A DNA stretch of 6,570 nucleotides from an uncultured Methanosarcinales archaeon (GTDB lineage: Archaea; Nanobdellota; Nanobdellia; Woesearchaeales; CAZKBD01): assembly GCA_964550945.1 (NCBI GenBank), contig CAZKBD010000002.1:10147-16716 (forward strand). The letters are read 5' to 3'. A program made the position numbers and the translations under genes. Positions within the stretch are counted from its first letter, which is position 1, and each line of letters starts with the position of its first letter. Positions 1 to 4,988 of this stretch are shown one piece after another. The notes under the pieces are model-generated. The model saw only the letters and a list, made by a program, of their open reading frames with translations, was not told where the DNA came from and made no database searches.

Positions 1-14
1 ATTAAGGGTAAAAC

Positions 15-42
15 ACACCACTGGGTGATTTTTTATTTTTTT
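15..42 (+). terminator. Possible terminator of an unseen + strand gene lying left of the window
   Basis: A short GC stem, cacc (16-19) / ggtg (24-27), has a 4-nt loop and is followed on the + strand by T6-A-T7 (29-42). Oligo-T tracts are the usual archaeal termination signal. On the - strand these bases are A-runs, so this is not the rfcS terminator. Confidence 0.3.
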
Positions 43-997
43 ATTTCTCTCCTGCCAGCACAACCCTAGCTAACAGAGCTTCTAGCTGTATGAATTCGTC
101 AGAGCCTTCGCTCATCCTGAATTCTATCTCGCCGCATTGCTCAATAAGCTGCATCTTCTTTTTGTTGTCAATAGTTAAATTCCATATCTCCTTTTGAATC
201 TGCTTGATCACATCAGGGCCTGCCAGGCCATAGTTAAGCATGACATCCAACAGCTTAGCCCTTGAATCAATAAATTTATTCTCCAATGCTAATCTTAAAA
301 CTTCGTTGATCTCTTTTGGCCTTGCAACTGAAGCCAGCGAATAAACTAACTCCTCATCTACATTCTTGCTTATTGCAGCGCAGCTCTGCAATATGTTTTC
401 TAAACGCCTGCAATCACCTTCTGATATCTCAAATAACGCTTCTTTTGCCTTTTCGTCTATCTTCAAATTCTCCTCTTTGGCAATCCTCTCAATAACATCC
501 ATCACATCCTTTTGCTCCAGCCTTTTAAAGCGGAAAATTGCGCATCTGCTTTGTATTGGATCGATAATCTTCGAGGAGTAATTCGCTGAGAGGATGAATC
601 TTGTAGTTTGGGTGTAATTTTCCATTGTACGCCTTAAAGCCTGCTGAGCCTCTCTTGTTAAGGCATCGCATTCATCCAGGTATATTATCTTGAATGGAAC
701 ATCACCTATAGCTCTTGTCCTGGCAAAATCCTTCACTTTGCTCCTAATAACATCTATGCCTCTTTCATCAGAGGCATTTAACTCTAAAAAATTCTGATGC
801 CATTCGTCCTTAAAGAATTTCCTTGCAATAACAAGAGACAAGGTGGTTTTTCCTGTTCCTGCTGGCCCTGTAAACAATAGATGAGGCATGTTCTTCTGCT
901 CAACAAAAGCCCTAACTCTCCTTACAATCTCTTTCTGGCCTTTGATGTCAGAGAAGTCCTTTGGCCTGTACTTTTCAGTCCATATAGCACTGTCCAT
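41..997 (-). CDS. rfcS: Replication factor C small subunit (AAA+ clamp loader)
   Basis: The 318-aa ORF carries the RFC boxes: WTEKYRP (box II), GPAGTGKTT (Walker A), IYLDECD (Walker B, a DExD variant) and QSRCAIFRF (SRC motif). The length is typical, there is no intein, and the stop is TAA. Confidence 0.95.
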   Translation of the reverse strand: MDSAIWTEKYRPKDFSDIKGQKEIVRRVRAFVEQKNMPHLLFTGPAGTGKTTLSLVIARKFFKDEWHQNFLELNASDERGIDVIRSKVKDFARTRAIGDVPFKIIYLDECDALTREAQQALRRTMENYTQTTRFILSANYSSKIIDPIQSRCAIFRFKRLEQKDVMDVIERIAKEENLKIDEKAKEALFEISEGDCRRLENILQSCAAISKNVDEELVYSLASVARPKEINEVLRLALENKFIDSRAKLLDVMLNYGLAGPDVIKQIQKEIWNLTIDNKKKMQLIEQCGEIEFRMSEGSDEFIQLEALLARVVLAGEK

Positions 998-1018
998 GCT
1001 ATTAAGAAACTTAGGCTA

Positions 1019-1028
1019 ATTTAAATAT
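1019..1028 (-). promoter_or_regulatory. TATA box of rfcS, leaderless spacing
   Basis: The - strand reads TATTTAAAT. The TTTAAA core (1025->1020) lies exactly 22 nt upstream of the ATG at 997, and no SD lies between them. Confidence 0.5.
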
Positions 1029-1039
1029 TTATTGTATGC

Positions 1040-1072
1040 AGCAAAAATAAAAACCGTGTTTTTATTTTTGCT
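1040..1072. terminator. Perfect 15-bp hairpin with T5-A-T5 on both strands; likely terminator of the PRC-barrel gene and insulator before the rfcS promoter
   Basis: agcaaaaataaaaac (1040-1054) and gtttttatttttgct (1058-1072) are exact reverse complements, separated by the loop cgt. Because the element is palindromic, either strand's transcript ends in GUUUUUAUUUUUGC. It sits between the PRC-barrel stop (1125) and the rfcS TATA box. Confidence 0.5.
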
Positions 1073-1124
1073 TATTACGAAAAGCTTTAAATTTTAATGA
1101 AAATTTAATGCTTTGAGTATAGAA

Positions 1125-1388
1125 TTACACAATGTCTTCTTCTGCTATAACCATGAAATCGCCGATTGCAATAACAGCGCTGAATGGTATAAGTATCTCG
1201 TTGTCTTTGTTTTTCTCAAGATCAAGCTTTTCTGTATAAGATGTTGGATTCTTAAGGACCATATGGATCAATTCACCTGACCTTGTCTCGAAGATAATAT
1301 CTGCGACTTCGCCAAACCGTTTTCCGGTTTTAGATACTATAACCTTTCCTATCAACTGTTTTGAGAATTTTTTATCTTCTTCGGCCAT
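1125..1388 (-). CDS. Small stand-alone PRC-barrel domain protein (87 aa)
   Basis: The pattern is typical of a PRC barrel: LIGKVIVSKTGKRFGEVADIIFETRSGELIHMVL, followed by ILIPFSAVIAIGDFMVIAEEDI. An SD-like GAGGGGT (1395-1401) lies 6 nt upstream of the ATG. Confidence 0.75.
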   Translation of the reverse strand: MAEEDKKFSKQLIGKVIVSKTGKRFGEVADIIFETRSGELIHMVLKNPTSYTEKLDLEKNKDNEILIPFSAVIAIGDFMVIAEEDIV

Positions 1389-1431
1389 GAGTATACCCCT
1401 CAGTATAGTAATAGCTATATAGGATTGTAAG

Positions 1432-1446
1432 TTATATTTAAATGTT
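1432..1446 (-). promoter_or_regulatory. TATA-box promoter of the PRC-barrel gene (15-nt module ttatatttaaatgtt)
   Basis: The TTTAAA core at 1437-1442 lies 48 nt upstream of the ATG at 1388. That leaves roughly a 20-25 nt 5'UTR carrying the SD. The same 15-mer recurs at 2926-2940. Confidence 0.5.
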
Positions 1447-1451
1447 TTGTT

Positions 1452-2285
1452 TTAATTAATGCTCTTTTTTAATGTAACTTCATCGTGACATTGCTGCCTG
1501 AGACTGCAACTTATGCACTTATTTCCATTAGAGCAGAATTCAGGCAGATTTTTTGAGTCTAATAATGATTTTACTTTTTTTACTAGGCCAATTACCTCAG
1601 ATTTTAGGAATGGATTAAAAGTAATTTGGCATAGTTGCTTGGAATCTAAATACTTGATAAATCCTTCTTTGATATCCACATTGAATTTGTCTTCGAGCAA
1701 TAGTGCATATGCTGCTAACTGAATTTTGTGCTCAGGCCAGACTCCCTGGTTAGGCATTTTTCCTGTCTTTAGCTCAAATGGAACATAACCATCAGGATAA
1801 ATATGGAGCTCATCAATAATCCCTCTCAGGAATAACTTTTCAGATTCTATCTTGAATTCTGAATGTATCTTTGGCACTAACATTTCCCAAAGCTCTTTTC
1901 CATATACTTTATGCTTTTGAATGAAGTTGAAAATGTTATAGGCCCTTGCCTCAGAATCTGGAAGGACCAAATGCCAAGTCTGCTTGAAAACATCCAGCAT
2001 TGAAAGATTGAATAATTTTAGCTCTTTTTTATGCTCAATTATTAAGTTTCTTAAGATTTTTGAATGCTCTTGCTTGTAAGTCTGCAATAACTGGGCCAGA
2101 TTGATTGATTTCCTGATATTTCTGATAATATTCTCATCAATCTTGTTTATGTTCTCATAAGCCTTATGCCTTATACTTCCTCTTAGAAGGCTTTCTTTTG
2201 GAACTTCAACTAATCCAAGCACCCTTTGGAGGTATAGTTTTCTAGCACAGTAAAGATACGAGCTCAGAGAGCTTACAGATATCAT
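1452..2285 (-). CDS. Orphan Cas4-family (DUF83) PD-(D/E)XK nuclease with a 4Fe-4S cysteine signature
   Basis: An N-terminal Cys occurs in SYLYCARKLYL. The nuclease motifs are IIDELH ... FELKTGK (D...ExK) and QLAAYALLL (QxxxY). The C-terminus has CISCSLRQQC (C-x2-C-x5-C). The longest ORF starts at 2327 (291 aa). I prefer the ATG at 2285 (M15, 277 aa) because a TATTTAAA box lies inside the first 14 codons, exactly 22 nt upstream of it. Both starts remain possible. Confidence 0.85.
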   Translation of the reverse strand: MISVSSLSSYLYCARKLYLQRVLGLVEVPKESLLRGSIRHKAYENINKIDENIIRNIRKSINLAQLLQTYKQEHSKILRNLIIEHKKELKLFNLSMLDVFKQTWHLVLPDSEARAYNIFNFIQKHKVYGKELWEMLVPKIHSEFKIESEKLFLRGIIDELHIYPDGYVPFELKTGKMPNQGVWPEHKIQLAAYALLLEDKFNVDIKEGFIKYLDSKQLCQITFNPFLKSEVIGLVKKVKSLLDSKNLPEFCSNGNKCISCSLRQQCHDEVTLKKSIN

Positions 2286-2305
2286 ATTTTTTGGGTAATC
2301 TGGGG

Positions 2306-2316
2306 TGTTTAAATAC
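2306..2316 (-). promoter_or_regulatory. Candidate TATA box for a leaderless Cas4-like transcript
   Basis: The - strand reads GGTATTTAAAC. The TTTAAA core (2313->2308) lies 22 nt upstream of the ATG at 2285, the same spacing as at rfcS. Confidence 0.45.
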
Positions 2317-2483
2317 CTTATGCGCAAATGTCCAGTGCTAATGGTTAGTTGATTTTTGGGGATTTAGAATTAGATGTTACAGAACCTACATCACTACTAT
2401 CCCATTTAAGGTTTATAAATAGTTAGTCAATTAAATCAATCTTTCTATATACTATATAACGGGAATTTAACAGGAATTGCTGC

Positions 2484-2882
2484 CTACCCAATGACCTTAA
2501 GCGTTCCCCACTGCCCTTTTTGCTTATGCCCCTGAACAGAGCAGTAATAAGTAAATTCCCCTGCCTTATCAGCTGTAAATTCTATAACTACTTCTTCATT
2601 TAATGGAGTAATCTCTCTGATTCCATATTCATCAATAACAAAATCATGATTACCTTTAATATTGGTTACTTTGATCCGAACAATATCTCCTTTGTTGACG
2701 CTGATTTCCTTAAGTGAAAACCAAATCCCAGTATCATCATAAAAAGATTTTATCATAAATTCTTTAACTTTGCCAGTATCCTTTATTGCATTTCCAGTAG
2801 GTGTTTGCGTTTGTTGCCCGCATCCACTTAAAACAAACAATCCTAAAACCAAAATTGCCATTATACTTAATCTTTTTTTCAT
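2484..2882 (-). CDS. Secreted cupredoxin (type-1 blue-copper fold) lipoprotein
   Basis: The signal peptide plus lipobox is MKKRLSIMAILVLGLFVLSGC. The copper-site pattern is GNHDF ... YYCSVQGHKQKGQWG, of the C-x4-H-x4-(M) type but with Q at the axial position. The start is taken at 2882 because GGAGG (2888-2892) lies 5 nt upstream of it. The longest ORF (start 2894) would place that SD inside the coding sequence. Confidence 0.8.
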   Translation of the reverse strand: MKKRLSIMAILVLGLFVLSGCGQQTQTPTGNAIKDTGKVKEFMIKSFYDDTGIWFSLKEISVNKGDIVRIKVTNIKGNHDFVIDEYGIREITPLNEEVVIEFTADKAGEFTYYCSVQGHKQKGQWGTLKVIG

Positions 2883-2925
2883 TTTTGCCTCCATCGGTAT
2901 AATAATTGAATGTGCAAATGGGCTC

Positions 2926-2940
2926 TTATATTTAAATGTT
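2926..2940 (-). promoter_or_regulatory. TATA-box promoter of the cupredoxin gene (second copy of ttatatttaaatgtt)
   Basis: This is the identical 15-mer seen at 1432-1446. It lies at the identical distance from its ATG: the left end is 44 nt from 2882, and the TTTAAA core is 48 nt upstream. Confidence 0.5.
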
Positions 2941-2971
2941 ACTGTAATGTAACCTTAATGTTAATAGAAAG

Positions 2972-2985
2972 TAATTTAAATATCT
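2972..2985 (+). promoter_or_regulatory. TATA-box promoter of the membrane-protein/wHTH operon (divergent from the cupredoxin promoter)
   Basis: The sequence taatttaaatatc has its TTTAAA core at 2975-2980, 43 nt upstream of the ATG at 3024. GGAGGT (3012-3017) lies 6 nt before that ATG. Confidence 0.45.
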
Positions 2986-3023
2986 GCATCTTTCTGTTTA
3001 ATAATAATACCGGAGGTATCAAC

Positions 3024-3326
3024 ATGAATGGGATAACTGACGTTCTGACAATTATTGCATCAGTGGTTTTATTATTTGCAGTTTATTTTAGCTTTAAATT
3101 GTCAAGAGAAACAAAACACGAGGGATATTGGCTTTCGCTTTCATTGGGATTATTTATTTTTGCAGTCCACCATTGGCTTATGATCCCGTCTCTATGGGGC
3201 AATATTTCAGATGCTGCTCTGGAGCTTGTTGAAAACATAACCTCTATATTGGGCGGGATCCTGATCGTATATTCTACCTATGGATTGTATAAATCCATGA
3301 AAACAGTCAAACAGAAAGTAGAATGA
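3024..3326 (+). CDS. Small integral membrane protein, 3 predicted TM helices, function unknown
   Basis: There are three hydrophobic segments: ITDVLTIIASVVLLFAVYFSF, WLSLSLGLFIFAVHHWLMI and ITSILGGILIVYSTYGLY. The start is placed at 3024 (M39 of the tracked ORF) because of the strong GGAGGT SD. The upstream 38 codons overlap both promoters. Confidence 0.7.
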   Translation: MNGITDVLTIIASVVLLFAVYFSFKLSRETKHEGYWLSLSLGLFIFAVHHWLMIPSLWGNISDAALELVENITSILGGILIVYSTYGLYKSMKTVKQKVE

Positions 3327-3598
3327 TATCTAAATCTATACTATTTTACTGGAGTAAGGGTGCTGAGTTGAGAAGAAAAATAATCAGATTAGTAAAATCT
3401 TGCGAAGAAAAGAATAATCCATGTTTTCTAAACAATCTTGCAAAGGAATTTAAGGTTACACATGTCGCTGTGAAAAAGCATATCGATATTCTTTTAGAGG
3501 AAGGATATATTGAGGCCATCAATCCCGGAGGAAAACCAATATACCTCAAATTATCCAAAAAAGGATTGGAAATGGCCAACGAATTCGAAAAAAAATAA
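3323..3598 (+). CDS. ArsR-like winged helix-turn-helix transcriptional regulator (91 aa)
   Basis: The HTH plus wing pattern is LNNLAKEFKVTHVAVKKHIDILLEEGYIEAINPGGKPIYLKLSKKG. Its ATG overlaps the upstream stop as ATGA (3323-3326), indicating translational coupling. Confidence 0.75.
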   Translation: MISKSILFYWSKGAELRRKIIRLVKSCEEKNNPCFLNNLAKEFKVTHVAVKKHIDILLEEGYIEAINPGGKPIYLKLSKKGLEMANEFEKK

Positions 3599-3709
3599 CC
3601 TGGAGAACAGGCAAAATGTCAAGAAAAAATTGTTGATGGTGTTATTAATATTATTTCCACTAGCATATTATTATCTTTCCCCTCAGCTAAAATGATTTCA
3701 CCAAAATCT

Positions 3710-3732
3710 TTTAGAAATCCTAGATTTCTAAA
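3710..3732. repeat. Perfect 10-bp inverted repeat with a 3-nt loop
   Basis: tttagaaatc (3710-3719) and gatttctaaa (3723-3732) are exact reverse complements. The role is unknown; it could be a terminator hairpin, an operator or part of a small RNA. Confidence 0.8.
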
Positions 3733-3733
3733 C

Positions 3734-3764
3734 CTTTGTTGTTTCGCTGTGCTCAACAACAAAG
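3734..3764. repeat. Perfect 10-bp inverted repeat with an 11-nt spacer, abutting the tyrS TATA box
   Basis: ctttgttgtt (3734-3743) and aacaacaaag (3755-3764) are exact reverse complements. The right arm occupies the BRE position immediately 5' of TTTAAATA (3765-3772). Confidence 0.8.
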
Positions 3765-3773
3765 TTTAAATAA
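3764..3773 (+). promoter_or_regulatory. TATA box of tyrS, leaderless spacing
   Basis: The sequence gtttaaataa has its TTTAAA core at 3765-3770, 25 nt upstream of the ATG at 3796. No SD is present. Confidence 0.5.
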
Positions 3774-3795
3774 TCAAGAACAATCTCAGTAAACT

Positions 3796-4806
3796 ATGGA
3801 CACACAAGAAAGAGTAGAGCTGATCAAGAAAAACACAGAAGAAGTTATTACAGAAGAAGATCTTGTTAGTCTGCTGGACACAAAGAAAGGAATAACAGCT
3901 TATTATGGAACAGCTCCGACAGGCCCTTTTCATATTGCTTATCTAATCCCTTTAAGCAAGGTATTTGATTTAAGCAAAGCAGGCATAACAACAAAAATAT
4001 TGATTGCAGACATCCACGCTTCAATGGATGACCTAAAGACGCCATGGGATGAAGTTAACAAAAGAGCAGAATACTACAAAAAATGCATTGAGCTTGCATT
4101 TCCATGGGAAAAAAAGCCTGAATTTGTCATTGGCTCAAGTTTTCAGTTAAAAAAAGAATACATAACTGATGTTCTAAAAATCTCTACTTTAATGACTGTA
4201 AAAAGAGCAACAAGGGCAGCTTCTGAAGTTACAAGGATGAAAAACCCTAAAGTAAGTGAAATGATATATCCTATAATGCAGATCTTAGATGAGCAATATC
4301 TCGATACAGATATCCAGATTGGAGGCATTGACCAAAGGCATATAATGGCTGCTGCTCGCGAGTATTTGCCTAAACTAGGCTATAAATCAAGAGTTGAGTT
4401 AATGACCCCTTTAGTAGCCAGCCTAAAGGGATCAGGAACAAAGATGAGCGCTTCAATACCCGGATCATTCATCAAGGTTTATGATAGCGAGGAAGATATC
4501 AATAAATCAATAAAGCAGGCATACTGCCCAGAAGCAGACATAAAAGATAACCCAGTGACTCAGCTTTGCAAATTCATCATTTTCCCAGTTAAAAACAAGC
4601 TAAAGATAGAAAGGCCAGCAAAGTTTGGAGGAGATATTGAGTTTAAAAATTATGGTGAATTGGAAAAAACATTCATGGAAAAACAACTCCATCCTGCAGA
4701 TTTAAAGCAAGCAGTTGCCAAAGCATTAATATCCATATTCTCAAACGCAAGAGAGTATTTTGAAAAAAACAAAGATGTTTTAAAAGAGCTTGGAGAAAGA
4801 TTTTAG
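3796..4806 (+). CDS. tyrS: Tyrosyl-tRNA synthetase, archaeal/eukaryal type
   Basis: The protein is colinear with the archaeal TyrRS sequences I recall. Matching segments are GTAPTGPFHIAYL (HIGH-region variant), ADIHA, YPIMQILDEQYL, GGIDQR, KMSAS (KMSKS motif), KQAYCP, RPAKFGGDI and LHPADLKQAVA. Confidence 0.95.
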   Translation: MDTQERVELIKKNTEEVITEEDLVSLLDTKKGITAYYGTAPTGPFHIAYLIPLSKVFDLSKAGITTKILIADIHASMDDLKTPWDEVNKRAEYYKKCIELAFPWEKKPEFVIGSSFQLKKEYITDVLKISTLMTVKRATRAASEVTRMKNPKVSEMIYPIMQILDEQYLDTDIQIGGIDQRHIMAAAREYLPKLGYKSRVELMTPLVASLKGSGTKMSASIPGSFIKVYDSEEDINKSIKQAYCPEADIKDNPVTQLCKFIIFPVKNKLKIERPAKFGGDIEFKNYGELEKTFMEKQLHPADLKQAVAKALISIFSNAREYFEKNKDVLKELGERF

Positions 4807-4811
4807 TTCTA

Positions 4812-4988
4812 AGCAACTATCTGATTCAGATATACTTCCAAATTTAATAAAGCCAGCATTATTCTGGGATTATCCCTTGATTCTCTAACTAGCCCGTCTA
4901 CTTCGTCACAATTTAAAACCGCTTTAACTAAATCATTTCTATCCAAAAATAAGTTAGAGATAATCTTTTTAGTTAAGGGGCTGGGATT
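4812..4988 (-). other. 59-codon open frame in phase with, and immediately after, the TAA stop of the ATP-grasp gene
   Basis: I translated this codon by codon: NPSPLTKKIISNLFLDRNDLVKAVLNCDEVDGLVRESRDNPRIMLALLNLEVYLNQIVA, then TAG (4809-4811). The only ATG is at codon 44, so it is not an obvious independent gene. It may be a readthrough extension, a recently truncated C-terminus, or a small gene with a non-ATG start. Confidence 0.35.

Noticed and set aside
366-581. 71-aa + strand ORF antisense to rfcS
   Set aside because: It lies wholly inside a confidently identified gene on the opposite strand. Its Ser/Leu/Phe-rich, low-complexity composition is typical of shadow ORFs, and it has no promoter or SD.
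1087-1108. 9-bp inverted repeat ttaaatttt / aaaatttaa downstream of the PRC-barrel stop
   Set aside because: The stem is A/T only in very AT-rich DNA. It has low predicted stability and a high chance expectation.
1513-1722. 69-aa + strand ORF antisense to the Cas4-like gene
   Set aside because: This is a shadow ORF inside a motif-supported gene, with no recognizable motifs or translation signals.
2328-2483. 156-nt spacer between the cupredoxin stop and the Cas4-like ORF, checked for tRNA, sRNA, small ORFs and repeats (tatata-c-tatata at 2446-2458, tttataaa at 2412-2419)
   Set aside because: I found no T-loop or D-loop tRNA signatures, no stem longer than 5-6 bp and no ORF beyond a few codons. 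The AT-rich motifs are too far from any start to assign as promoters.
2770-2952. 60-aa + strand ORF overlapping the cupredoxin 5' end and promoter region
   Set aside because: It is antisense to the signal-peptide coding region and runs through the TATA boxes. No SD or start context supports it.
2910-3023. 38-codon N-terminal extension of the membrane-protein ORF (MCKWALIF...)
   Set aside because: It overlaps both divergent TATA boxes. The strong GGAGGT SD sits directly before the internal ATG at 3024.
3346-3579. 77-aa - strand ORF antisense to the wHTH gene
   Set aside because: This is a shadow ORF, and the + strand frame has a clear HTH-wing pattern.
3510-3695. 61-aa + strand ORF overlapping the wHTH 3' end, including a possible 19-aa hydrophobic peptide MVLLILFPLAYYYLSPQLK and a 6-codon ORF at 3616
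   Set aside because: Its first half is out of frame within the wHTH gene. The short downstream ORFs lack an SD or leaderless promoter spacing and are too small to support from sequence alone.
4143-4328. 61-aa - strand ORF antisense to tyrS
   Set aside because: This is a shadow ORF inside a high-confidence gene.
4818-4832. Palindrome tatctga-t-tcagata just after the tyrS stop
   Set aside because: The 7-bp arms have a single central base, so they cannot form a useful hairpin. No oligo-T follows, and the element lies inside the candidate 59-codon frame. It is probably coincidental.
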